A stretch of DNA of 64,000 nt from Heteronotia binoei (lineage: Eukaryota), in contig NC_083241.1 in the NCBI RefSeq assembly GCF_032191835.1, positions 496,001 through 560,000 on the forward strand, given 5' to 3'. Of the stretch, positions 1 to 11,826 are shown piece after piece; the first letter of the stretch is position 1, and the number at the start of each line of letters is the position of its first letter. A program made the translations under genes and the position numbers. The notes under the pieces are model-generated. The model was not told the origin of the DNA and searched no databases. It saw only the letters and a program-made list of their open reading frames with translations.

Positions 1-3000
1 TTCTTTTAAAACAATTTTATTTAGTAACATATGGTAACTATCTATTTCTTGCATCATTAATAACTTCTTTTTATCTATCCCATATATTACTTTCTAACCA
101 CCCCTCCCCCCGTTACTTGACCCCCACCGGTGTTATTTACTTAAAATACTAATATTTAAAGGTACCCTTAACTAATAAAAACAAAGATTAATATTCTTTT
201 TCCTTCTAAGACTTAATCATTATCAAAAATTGTCCAATGTCCTTTTATTTTCCACTCTTTTTTTACGTATCTTCTAAACTTTTTCCACTCCATCTTAAAA
301 ACTTCTAAGTCATAGTCTCTTAAAATTCTTGTTAATTTGTCCATTTCACTCCATGTCATAACTTTTACAATCCAATCCCATTTTTCTGGTATTTTTTCTT
401 GCTTCCACAACTGCGCATACAATGTCCTAGCAGCTGAAAGCAAGTACCAAATTATAGTTCTATCTTCTTTTGGAAATTTTTCCATTTGTGATCCCAACAG
501 AAAAGTCTCTGCAACTTTCTTAAATTCGTATTCCAAGATCCTAGAAATTTCTTGTTGAATCATCTGCCAATACTTTTTTGCTCTTTCACAAGTCCACCAC
601 ATATGGTAGAAAGAACCTTCATGTTTTTTACATTTCCAACATCTATCTGGCATCTTATTGTTCATCTTTGCCAACTTTTTAGGAGTCATATACCATCTAT
701 ACATCATTTTAAAACAGTTCTCTTTAATACTATGACACGTCGAAAGCTTTATAGAATTCTTCCACAAATATTCCCAAGTATCCATCTGTATTTCTTTATT
801 TACATTAATTGCCCACTTAATCATTTGAGATTTCACTACTTCATCTTCCGTAGACCATTTTAAGAGTAATTTATATAATTTTGAAATTAATTTTTCATTG
901 TCTCCAAGCAGAAGTTTTTCCATTTCTGTTTGCTCTTTTCTTATTCCTTCAGTTTTAATATTATTTTCCACCAAGCTCTTTATTTGTTGCATTTGGAACA
1001 ATCATATTTATTATTCAGCTCTTCAGCAGTTTTCAACTCTATTTTGCCACTTAGTATTTTTAATAGTTGGTTATATGACAACCACTTTTCTTCACCCGTC
1101 TCAGCTGTTATTTTTATTACTTCTGCTGGCACAATCCATAACGGTTTTCTCTCATCCCCATATTTCTTATATTTCATCCATGTATTTAGCAAATTGTTTC
1201 TTATATAATGGTGAGAGAAAAAACCATCCATCTTTTGTTTCCCATAGTACATATAAGCGTGCCAGCCAAATTTATTTCCATGACCTTCCAACGCTAAGAG
1301 TTTTTTGTTTAACAGCGTCACCCATTCTTTTATCCACACTAAACAAACTGCTTCATGATATAGTTTTAAATCTGGTAATTGGAATCCTCCTCTCTCTTTT
1401 GCATCTGTTAAAATTTTCATTTTGATCCTTGGTTTCTTCCCAGCCCACACAAACTCTGAAATTTTCCTTTGTCATTTATTAAACTGTTTACTGTCTTTCA
1501 CAATCGGAATAGTTTGAAACAAATACATTATTCTTGGCAGAATATTCATCTCAATTGCAGCTATTCTACCAAGCAATGACAAATTAAGTTTATTCCATTT
1601 TATCATATCTTCATCCATTTTACGCCATAGCTTCTCATAACTGTTTTTAAACAAATCAATATTCTTTATTGCTATCTCCACACCCAAATATTTTACCTTA
1701 GAGGTAACTTCACAACTCGTTTGCTTCTGCAGTTCCTTTCATTTACTTACTTGCATATTTTTACATAGCAGTTTTTATTTTTCTTTATTAATATAAAGTC
1801 CCGCCAGTTCTCCATATTCTTGTATTTTAACTAACAACAAAGGTGTTACTTGTATGGGATTTTCATTTATAAACATTATATCATCTGCAAATGCCCTATA
1901 TTTGTAAGTAAATCCTTTTACTTTTAATCCTTCTATTACTTTGTCTTCTTGGATTTGCATCAGTAAGAATTCAAGAGTAATTATAAACAACAGTGGGAAA
2001 AGCGGACAGCATTGTCTTGTACCTTTGCTAATTGTCATATCTTCTGTAAGATCTGCATTTATACATAACCTTGCACGTTGTTCAGTATATATTGTTTTTA
2101 TCATCCTTATAAAGTTTTCCCCCAACTCCATTTTCTCCATTACTGCAAACATAAAGTCCCAGTTTAAATTATCAAATGCTTTCTCTGCATCCACAAAGAA
2201 TAATGCTACTTCCTTTTCTGGATGTCTTTCATAATATTCCACGATATTTACAACAGTTCTAATATTGTCTCTTATTTGCCTTTTGGGAAGAAACCCTGCT
2301 TGATCCTCCTTAATAAAATTTATCAAATGATGTTTAAGCCATTCTGCCAATATTCTTGTATATATTTTATAATCATTATTTAATAGTGAAATTGGTCTAT
2401 AATTTTTTACATTCGTGACATCTCTATCTTCTTTCGGGATCAATGAAATAACAGCTTCCTTCCATGTATTTGGTATTTCCCCTTTTATTTTTATAATGTT
2501 CATCAATTTCTGAAGTTTCGGTATTAATTCCTCTTTGAAGATTTTATAAAATTTAGCAGTATATCCATCTGGCCCAGGTGCCTTTCCATTTTTCATTGCA
2601 TTAATCACTGCTTCAATTTCTATTTTTTCAATTAGATCATTCAAAGCTTTTTTCATATTTTCTGTTAAGGGTGCTATTTTAATATTTTGTAAATACGTTT
2701 CCATTTTTTCTTTCTTTATTTTAACACCCTTAGATAATTTGGCATAGTACTTTAAAAAATTCTCTTTTTATTCCTTCCTGATCTACCAACTCTCTTCCAT
2801 CAACCACAATTTTATTAATAATTTTACTTTCTCTCTTTTTTTCAGTTGCCAGGCCAAATATTTTCCAGGTTTGTTTGCTCCCTCAAAAGATTTCTGCTGT
2901 AATCTTTCCATATTCCATTCCAGTTCTTTATTTAACAAATGTCTCCATTTGTGTTTGTAATATTGTAATCTCTCTCATAATTTTCTTTTTCCCTGGTCTT

Positions 3001-3809
3001 TTTCTCAGTTCCCCTTTTTTCTTTATTTCATTTTGAATGTCCAACATCTGTTTGTCTTTTGCCCTCTTGTCTTTATTATTCAATCAGTGTTCCTCTCATT
3101 ACTGCTTTATAAGCATCCCACACCATCTGAAATTCTATATCTTCTTTATCGTTTATTTGGAAGAAAACTTTAGTTTCATTTTCTAGAGATGTCACTATTT
3201 CTTTATTCTGTAGTAAATCTTCATTTAATCTCCATCTTCTCGACTTTTTAGACAATTTTGTAATCCACATTATTGGGTTATAATCAGCCCCTATTTTAGG
3301 TAAAATCTCTATTTTTTTGTTATAAGGCCTAAATCCTTAGTGCCCCACAACATGTCAATTCTGGAAAAAGTATTATGTCTTGCTGAAAAAAAGGTATAGT
3401 CCCATACTTCAGGGTTAAATTTTCTCCATATATCTTCCAGGTTTTCTTGTTTGACCAGTTCAAAAAAAGACTCTGGCAATTTTCCTTCCTTATTCTTTTT
3501 TCCCCAGACCTATCCAGTGTATTCTGGATTGTTCCATTAAAACCCCCCATTATCAAAATTTGATCATATGTCACTTCATCAAATTGTTGTATAATGTCTT
3601 TTAAAAAAACATCCTTTGCTCCATTTGGTGCATACAGCTCCAATAACAACTTTTTTTTGCATTTAATATTATTTCTACTGCTACAAATCTTCCATTTTTG
3701 TCTTTAAACACTAATTTCGGCTCCAGTTCTTGTTTAATAAAAAAAAAATCACTCCCCTTTTCTTCTGTTCAGCCAATGAATGAAATTCTAGTCCCAATTT
3801 CTAGTCCCT

Positions 3810-3985
3810 GGGGAGGGACTGTGGCTCAGTGGTAGAGCATCTGCTTGGGAAGCAGAAGGACCCAGGTTCAATCCCTGGCATCTCCAAAAAAAAAAGGGTC
3901 CAGGCAAATAGGTGTGAAAAACCTCAGCTGGAGACCCTGGAGAGCCACTGCCAGTCTGAGAAGACAATACTGACTTTGATGGACC
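3810..3985 (+). mobile_element. tRNA-Ala-derived SINE (Squam2-like), 3'-truncated copy created by tandem duplication
   Basis: The tRNA-Ala-like head GGGACTGTGGCTCAGTGGTAGAGCATCTGC...GGTTCAATCCCTGGCATCTCCA has A and B boxes. The copy stops at GATGGACCA, without the 3' tail. The family name is from recall. Confidence 0.85.
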
Positions 3986-4105
3986 ATTTTCCATTTTTGT
4001 TTTTAAACACTAATTTTGGCTCCAATTCTTGTTTAATAAAAAAAATCACTCCCCTTTTCTTCTGTTCAGCCAATGAATGAAATTCTAGTCCCAATTCTAG
4101 TCCCT

Positions 4106-4326
4106 GGGAAGGGACTGTGGCTCAGTGGTAGAGCATCTGCTTGGGAAGCAGAAGGTCCCAGGTTCAATCCCTGGCATCTCCAAAAAAAAAAGGTCCAGGC
4201 AAATAGGTGTGAAAAACCTCAGCTGGAGACCCTGGAGAGCCACTGCCAGTCTGAGAAGACAATACTGACTTTGATGGACCAAAGGTCTGATTCAGTATAA
4301 GGCAGCTTCATATGTTCATATGTTCA
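4106..4326 (+). mobile_element. tRNA-Ala-derived SINE (Squam2-like), full length, inserted in the L1 endonuclease domain
   Basis: Same head as 3810, plus body and (CATATGTT)n tail. It is nearly identical to the copy at 9668-9883. Confidence 0.9.
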
Positions 4327-4459
4327 ATTGCTTATTCCATAAAAATTTATAATCCTTTTGTTTGATATGTACTTCTTGTAAACAAATGATATTATAATTT
4401 TGCTTTTTAATCCAATGAAACGTTGTCTTTCTTTTTTGTGGTGAATTTAGTCCATTTAC

Positions 4460-5246
4460 ATTCCAAGATAATAATTTGTAATCCATCGTGGTGCAAATTC
4501 TTTATGTTCTTCACAAAATCTACGCAGTTCCTGTGTGTTTGTAACTGTAATCCTTTTTCCTTGAAGTTCAAAGCTCAAACTTTCAGGTATTATCCATCTA
4601 TACCTCATTTCATTGTCCTGTAATTTTTCTGTCAGGTTTTTGTATGCTCTTCTGTCATTTATCACTTGTCGTGGTAACTCCTTCATAATTCTTACTCTGC
4701 TGCCTCCCACTATCAATGTCTTTTCAAAGTTTTTATTCATGATCTTTCCCACCATTTCTTTTGTCATATATCTTATAACCACATCTCTTGGTAGATTATT
4801 TTTTTTGGCATAAAGTGAGTTCACTCTATACATATAGTCATACATATTTCTAGTCCCTTCAGGATCTTCCTCCAAAAATTCCGCAATTATTTTTATTAAA
4901 TATTCTTTCAAATCAGTTTCTTCATCCTCAAGTACTCCTCTCAGACGGCTCTGGGTCTCCATCAATTTGCAGTCATGAATTGCCACTTTTTCTTGTATTT
5001 TTAACAAGGTGGAATCATGTACTTTCACTCTCCCTTCCACCTCTTGCACTTTCTTTGCTGTTACCACAGTCTTATTTCTGAGATCTTCTATATCTTTATT
5101 AGCTCTTCAATATCTTTTCTAATTTCTTTTTTGGAAGCAGTTATCTCCTTCACCCCTTTCATTATCCTGGCTTCCATTGCATCTAATTGGTCCTACACTT
5201 TCTCCAATGAAGAAGTCCTTGCTCGGGTTTGCTTGTGGTCTGACAT
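4460..5246 (-). pseudogene. L1 ORF1 (coiled-coil plus RNA-binding region), disrupted
   Basis: MSDHKQTRARTSSLEKV* has in-frame stops and a frameshift near the N-terminus. The remaining frame (4456-5067) resembles L1 ORF1p C-terminal domains (RDVVIRY, IMKELP, YRWIIPESLSF) and directly abuts the ORF2 ATG. Confidence 0.8.
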
Positions 5247-6639
5247 GTAAAAACACCGAAAATGTTGACCTCACCAAATTAAATTTCAACTATCAGGTTT
5301 AAAAGAGTGAAGCTTGCTTTCTTCAATAAGCCTAAGTCCGCCGTCCTCAGAGCCTCCTGGGCTCAGATATTAAAGTTTTTATTCTCTCCAAAATGGAAGT
5401 TGCGACTTTCTGCCTCACTTTAAAAAAAAAAAATCTTTTTTCTTTAGAGGCTTCTAAAATAGTTATTAACAATAAGGTCCAATAGCATTTACCTTATAAA
5501 CGTTACCTCTGTCGGCTCCCCAATTTTTAATGTCCCGAACACTTTAAAAATGTTATTTAAACTTTAGCCTCCTTGCAATGGCCGCCGATGTTTTTCTATG
5601 ATATTATAGCCCTAGAGTAGGCTGTCTGCTTCGATGATTTCCCTTTTCCATCCAATGCTTCCTGCTTTACTTGGCACCAAATCCCGTTTTCGCTGGTAGA
5701 GAGATCTCGATACTTGACGTATTTCCTGTGTTGACTGTGGGAGCTGCAATTCTATGACGATGGGGCTTTTTCTCAGAAACCGCAAGTAGACCAAACAATA
5801 AATTCCTTTCCACTTTTTAGCACTGTCCTTTAAATTTACAAAGTCCAAATTTCGCCCCTTCTCTTTTTCTTCCAAGCTTTCTAGATTTCAATTTCCCACC
5901 TTCTGATTTTATTTTGTTTAACTTTAATTAGTCCTGGAATGAAAGATAGTGATCTGTACATTTTCTGTAGTTATCCAGATCAACACCGGTCTTGTGTAGC
6001 TTTAGATGTTTAGTAGTATCAAAAAAATTAAGATCCTGTCAAGCTTATGACTCTGGAAACTTCTGCAGATGATGAAAATGCAACTCGTCTCCGGAGACCC
6101 CTCAAAGGAGCTCGCCCCCTCCGGGACTCCCTTTTAGCCAAGGTAAATCTCCTCAAAGTTTCCTGTGTACATCTTGGACTGATCTCTGACTGAGAAAAGT
6201 AGGCATTAAATTGCCTTCCACTACCCCGAACAGAAGTTCCAGCCTGCTCCCCTTCTGAGAAGCAGTTCAGCTTGGCATTTTCCAACCCCGGAAGTCCCAA
6301 CAAGGCACTTCTTATCCATTTCGGAATCCATTCTGTCTGCTTCTGGCAAGACCCAACGAAGGGGCATCTCCAACACTGCTGTGCCAGGAGTCTCTCGCAG
6401 GGGGGAGCAGCCACCATGCCTTCAGCAGCAGAGGGAGCCGAAGGGTGCTTGGAGGAGTGTGGGGCGGGGGGCTGGCCTCACTGACCCCTCCAGCCGCTGC
6501 AAATGTTATGGGGCATGCAGGCCCTCAGGACTCCTCCTCCCCCTGCCCCCGGGGGGCTCCTTGCATCACCAGGCAGCCGTTTGGCCTCTTAGAAGCCCTG
6601 CAGCTTTCTGGCCAAGCTTGCTGCAGCAGCCAGACGTAC

Positions 6640-9600
6640 CTTATCCTGGGCATTCAGCAGGACTTTGATGCTCCGCTCAGAGGAGGTGACGTCTGGGCCA
6701 AAGTCCACACTCCCTACAGAGGACAGAAATGAGCCAGGGTGCTCCCCCCACCACACACGCATATTCTTGGCTTGCAGGTGGCCCATTAGCTGCTAAGTGT
6801 TCATTCCAGGAGGCAGCTCAACCCCCAGCTGGCCCCAAAGAGTCAGGCTGGCCAATGGGAAAGCAGCCCTCAGGGCTGGGGAACTTACCACACTTGATGC
6901 GGAAGGTGTCATCGACCAGGCCTTCGTACACAACCTGGGAGCAGAGGGCTGTGACGTAATCCACATCTGCAAAGAGAGTAAGCCCCCAGTGGGTGCCCCA
7001 ATGCCTGCAGCCTCCTTCAGGGCCCTATGGGGAGGCACCTCAGCCCCAGGGGGACCCACCAAAGCCGACCATCAAGGGGTCTGCTGTGTCAGCGGGTCAG
7101 CAGAGGGGTCTCATTTGCCATCCATTCAGTCACTAAAGTGGGGAAGGAAAAGCTCCTGTGATCTGGCAGTGTGCCAGGCTGGGAGACGAGCCTTCAGCTC
7201 AGAGCCACTCCATGAGCCCCCACCTCTGTCCAGGAGGAACACTTGACCAATCTCTGGCTTCCGGCCCAGGCTGTCCCCTTCACTCTCCTCCGCTACCTCG
7301 CGCCAGATTTCGTGGACCATCTGGAAGAAGAGCACACCCTGCCCGTTATCTCAAGCCCAGGGTCCCACCACCAAGCCCCGCTGCACAATCCTGCCTCCAC
7401 CACTTGCAGTGCTGAACCGCCTCCCCGTCCCAGCTCTGCAGTGACCACACGGAGAAAGGCAAACGAACCGTCCAAAATGCACTTCAAAGTCCCTTACTGC
7501 ATTTCTCAGCTGCCCAGAAGCTGGACTGTGCCCCCACCCACCCACAAAAGCTTCTCAGGCCCCCACCCCTCCCCTTTTGTTAGGCTGCACCTTGGCACAC
7601 CGGCCAATTCCGTAAGTTCTGGAAAGCGGTCCAAAGAGGGAGCTCATGAGCTGCAAAGCCTGGGCCACGGTGCTGATCCAGCACTGATTCCCTTCCTGCA
7701 CAACACAAGAACAACAAGCAGCGGGTTCAGTCTCAGCAGCCAGCCACCAGCCCCACCTCCCTTGCTGGGAAGGTCAACCCTGCAGAGCCCTCATACCCAA
7801 AGCAGTGACAGCCAGAAGCCCCAGCCAGCCATCAGGGGGCCTCTCCGAGAAGCCTCTCGGCTCCTGCTGCTGCCACGGCTCAGCTGCCAGGGGGAAATGG
7901 GGGCAGGGGAAGGGAGTGTGAAAGACTGACCAGGAAGTAGTCCCGGAAGAACTCGGGCAGCTCCATGCTGATGATGTCATCATCCAAAGGCAGCAGGTAG
8001 AAGGACCACTCATCCCAGGTCACATCTGGAGAGGGAGAGGAGCAGGGAGGGGCTTTGATGGTAACTGTACTCCAGTCCATGGCCTGTCACCACCGCAGGA
8101 ACTGCCCAGAAATCTCTGAGCTTGGGGAACGGGATTCTGGGAAGCCAGGCATGCCAACTCCCCAGGTCATGGGCAGATCAAAGGTGCTACGTCTTCTTCC
8201 TACATCCTCTGCAGCAGACTTGGGAGAGCCCTCTACTGACACGCGCCAGACTTACCCCCATAGATCCCCTCTTCCTCCAGGACCATCTCACACTTGTAGA
8301 ACTGCAAGGGAGGAAGCCAGCAGTCAGTCCCTCCGGGGGGCCTTAGCAGCCCCCCTCCGCCCATTCCTGACACACTGGATGCCTAGGCAGACATAGACCA
8401 GAACCTGCACAAGCCCATGAAGCAAGATGGAGACTCTCCCAAACTCCTGTTTACAGAGGAAGAGAAGTGACCACAACAGACACCCTTCGCCCCCCACAAG
8501 ACCTCTCACAAGGCAAATTGCCTCTGATCCCGCCCAGTCAGACTAAAGATTTTGCTCCCAAGCCGTGTGTGTGTGTTCTTTAGAAAACATACACGCTGCC
8601 ACTCCAGATACCTGCTCAAGCGGGCTCACAAAGCCAAAACAATACAAACAGCAAAATAATGTGAAAAAGCCATAAAAATAGCACAAAACAAGATTCAGCA
8701 GCATAAAATAATATCCAAAACACAGTTCTCTGGATGAAAGCTAAGGTTACCAATCTCCAGGTGGAGGCAGGGGATTGTATTTTCGTATTCTTGCTGCCTT
8801 GAGGAAGACTCTCTAAAAGCAGCACGTGCCATTTCTAACCTAATAAAGCCCCTCACCTTCTGAGGGGTGAAGATGATCTTGTACTTGCGGATCCTCCCAG
8901 CAGCCTTATCAGCATTGACGATGTCTGGAAAGAGGCGCAGGGCGGCAAGAGAGCTGCTCAGACAGGGCAGGCTCCACCTTTCCTCCTGCAAGGCTTTGGC
9001 CATGACCAGCATGCAATGGAACAGGAGGTAGGCCTGCAAGCCACCACCAGGGTCCCCAAGCCAGCCACCAACCAACATTCCCTCCAGTGCTCGTCAAGGA
9101 GAGAGCAGTAAAAAGTTTAGGGTCTGTGAGAAAGCAGATTCTGTTTTCTGTGAAGTTGTCCCCCACCCCTGATGAGAAGGGAGACTCACAAAATAATGAC
9201 TACACTGCACAGTTGGAATGGGTGGCAAGAACTAAGGCAGACTCCCTCAATTGTTTCCTAGCACACTCCATGTATACTGGTGCTCATCAAAGGTGGGGCA
9301 AGAAAAGACTGCGCTTGAGAGGAGGGGAGGCTGCTGAGGGGGCAGCATCTCTAGTCCAATAGCTGAGGGGGGTGATGTGCAAACCCTTGACCTGAGACCA
9401 CTGCCCGTTGGAGGAGGCAACGCTGACCTTGGCAGAGCATGGGTCTGGCTCAGGAGCAGGCAGTGCCCATGCCCGCCACCTCTGCTACTCCACTGGATGG
9501 GGGTATTATCTTGCTCCACTTGAGGGCAGTGCTCTGGTCTGACCACTCAAAGGACACCTGTCCAACAGCCTGCTAGCACCCAGACAAGCACAGCCGGTGG

Positions 9601-10644
9601 GATTTTTAATTATCCATTTATAAGCCACTTTCCTTCCCAGTTTTTTTTTTTGTTGGGAGTGTGCTCAGTAGGGACGGTGGCTCAGTGGTAGAGCATCTGC
9701 TTGGGAAGCAGAAGGTCCCAGGTTCAATCCCTGGCATCTCCAAAAAAGGGTCCAGGCAAATAGGTGTGAAAAACCTCAGCTTGAGACCCTGGAGAGCCGC
9801 TGCCAGTCTGAGAAGACAATACTGACTTTGATGGACCAAGGGTCTGATTCAGTATAAGGCAGCTTCATATGTTCATATGTTCAAATGTTGGCTGGTGGCT
9901 GGCTTGGGGACCCTGTCAAGCAGCTTACATCCTTCTCCTTTCCATCCTCCCAACAGCCCTGTTTGGTAGGTGAGGCTGTGAGAGGGAGTGCCTGGGTCCC
10001 CCAGCGAGCTTCCATGGCGTGAAGGGGTGGGAGGATTCAAGCGCAGCCTCCCAGCATTTCCGACCTGCAACCCGCCAGGTGGGGCCATCAGGACGCCTCC
10101 CTCCGACTCACCTGCCACGTACTTGACGCTCCTGATGCGCGGGCGGACTAGGAAGCACAACCTGGGGGGGGGGGGGGAGAAGGCAGGCGGGTGAGGGGGG
10201 CTCCTCCCCCTGAAGGGGGCTCCTCCCCCCACCCCGCAAGCGGGACTCACTGGTCGCTGGTGCTGAGGGCCGGCCTGGTCTCCACGCGGTAGAGCTTGTC
10301 CACTTCGTGCTGCTGCTCGGGGAGAGGAGGAGGAAGAGGAGTGAGCCCGGCGGCCCCTTCCCCTCCCTCCCTCCCTCCCTCCCCTCGCCATCCTTACCTT
10401 GAGGAGGGAGACGTTGGCGATGCGGTCCAGCGGGCTCATCAGGTCGGCCTCGAGGAACAGGTCCTTCTTCCCGGGCAGCTGCAGGAGGAGGAGGTCAGAG
10501 GTCAGCGCCCGGCCCGGCCACGCAGCCCCCTCCCCGCCCCCGCCTCACCTGCTCGAGCAGGTAGACCAGCTCGTCCCGCGCCAGCCGCTTCAGCAGCCCG
10601 AAGTCCGGCAGCTCCGGCGCGTCCCGGTGCCCGGGGGAGGCCAT
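6640..10644 (-). CDS. VPS33B: Vacuolar protein sorting-associated protein 33B (Sec1/Munc18 family), exons 1-11, 3'-partial
   Basis: Exons: 10644-10549, 10478-10398, 10312-10251, 10161-10112, 8924-8857, 8301-8256, 8025-7931, 7695-7591, 7320-7224, 6966-6889, 6713-6640 (96/81/62/50/68/46/95/105/97/78/74 nt), all GT-AG with consistent phase. Protein starts [59 protein letters not shown]. Exon 12 is not found in 1-6639. Confidence 0.96.
9668..9883 (+). mobile_element. tRNA-Ala-derived SINE (Squam2-like) in VPS33B intron 4
   Basis: Near-identical to 4106-4326, with A box, B box and (CATATGTT)n tail. Confidence 0.9.
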
Positions 10645-10900
10645 GGCCCGGCCAAACGACTCGCAGGCGACCCGGAAGCGCCCGCCGGAAGTGGCTGAGC
10701 GGCGCCATGGCAGCGCGGCCCATTTACTTCCGCCGCCGCAGTAGCGACGGAGGCCGGGTGAGGCCAAATGGGTGCTGAGAGCGCGCGCAACGGCTTTCCT
10801 TTCCCTCTGGGGCGGGGGGAAGGGGGCCGCGGGAGCTGCACAAGGAACTCCCCCCACGCCCCCCGGTTCCTCCTGGGCTGAGCCGCATGCAGCCCCCCAC
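9990..10900. promoter_or_regulatory. CpG island / VPS33B promoter
   Basis: Dense CpG around exons 1-4. ETS-type CCGGAAGTG at about 10685-10693 and a second CGGAAGT on the minus strand near 10725. Confidence 0.7.
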
Positions 10901-10940
10901 CCCTTTGGTTGCTTGGGGAGGGGCTATTATCATCACGACG

Positions 10941-11453
10941 TAGGGTTGCCAAGTCCAATTCAAGAAATATCTGGGGAGTTTGGGGGTGGAGCCAGGAGAC
11001 ACTGGGGCGGAGCCAGGAGCAAGGCTGTGACAAGCATAATTGAACTCCAAAGGGAGTTCTGGCCCTCACATTTAAAGGGATGGCACACCTTTTCAATGCC
11101 TTCCTTCCACAGGAAATAATGAAGGAAAGGGGCACCTTCTTTTGGGGCTCATAGAATTGGACCCCCTGGTCCAATCTTTTTGAAACTTGGGGGGTATTTT
11201 GGGGAGAGGCACTAGATTCTGTACTGAAAATTTGGTGCTTCTACCCCCAAAAACAGCTCCCCCAGAGCCCCAGATACCCGCGGATCAATTCTCCATGATT
11301 TTATATGGGAATAAATCTCCATAGAGAATAATAGAGTTCCCAGCAGACATTTCCCTCCCCTCCCCCCCCCCCCGCTTTCTGATGACCCTGAAGCGGGGGG
11401 AAGGCCTCCAAACCGGGGGATCCCCTGCCCCCACCTGGGGATTGGCAATCCTA
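10941..11453. mobile_element. Non-autonomous hAT-type DNA transposon (MITE)
   Basis: TIRs TAGGGTTGCCAA / TTGGCAATCCTA. The 8-bp TSD TCACGACG (10933-10940) / TCATGACG (11454-11461) fits the hAT signature. Confidence 0.85.
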
Positions 11454-11826
11454 TCATGACGACCCCCAGTTGCTGGAGGTTCCCGCGTGCAGAAATAAAT
11501 CAAGCCAGGCTCCACTGCCCTTTATCGGATAAGAATCCCAAGATCACTTAGCAAGTTGCTGGATTTTGTGCCCGGATACACTTAGGTCACAGAAACGAGG
11601 TTCCAGTGTTTTACTTTTTATTTTGCATGTCTTGTATTTTGTATACAATTTTTTAATTTCAACTGCATGTATATGGCTGTTCTAGCGACTGTGATAATAA
11701 TGAGCTCTCTCAATCACACTGGGGGTACGTCACTTGGGGCCAGAGGTCCGGGGGCAACAGAACATTTCCCATCCAGGAGTCAAGCTGAGTCAGTGGTCTC
11801 CCAGGTGGGGATGAGGGGGGGGCAGG

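Larger units (their letters stand above)
213..4486 (-). pseudogene. L1 ORF2 (APE endonuclease, reverse transcriptase, zinc knuckle), broken by stops, frameshifts and SINE insertion
   Basis: Starts MDYKLLSWNVNGLNSPQKRK at 4486. ORF-track fragments 3329-3649, 3076-3270, 1775-2704, 1472-1687, 980-1450 and 213-1001 form consecutive pieces of one ORF2. Confidence 0.93.
1..6298 (-). mobile_element. Near full-length, inactivated L1-clade LINE (5'UTR, ORF1, ORF2, 3'UTR/polyA signal) in VPS33B intron 11
   Basis: On the minus strand: putative 5' end GGGACTTCCGG at about 6298; ORF1 from ATG 5246; ORF2 from ATG 4486 with APE motif SWNVNGL, RT motifs (KAPGPDG, YRPISLLN, DAEKAFD, FADD) and a C-terminal CCHC knuckle (RCWKC..H..WTC); AATAAA at 16-21 and the tail at the window edge. 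The 5' boundary is inferred, and the TSD cannot be checked because the 3' flank is outside the window. Confidence 0.9.

Noticed and set aside
6028-6417. 129-aa ORF as a missing VPS33B exon or new gene
   Set aside because: It has no similarity to the expected exon 12 peptide and overlaps the inferred L1 5'UTR.
3810-9883. tRNA-Ala genes at 3810, 4106 and 9668
   Set aside because: The anticodon arm is degenerate and each head is followed by a shared SINE body and tail.
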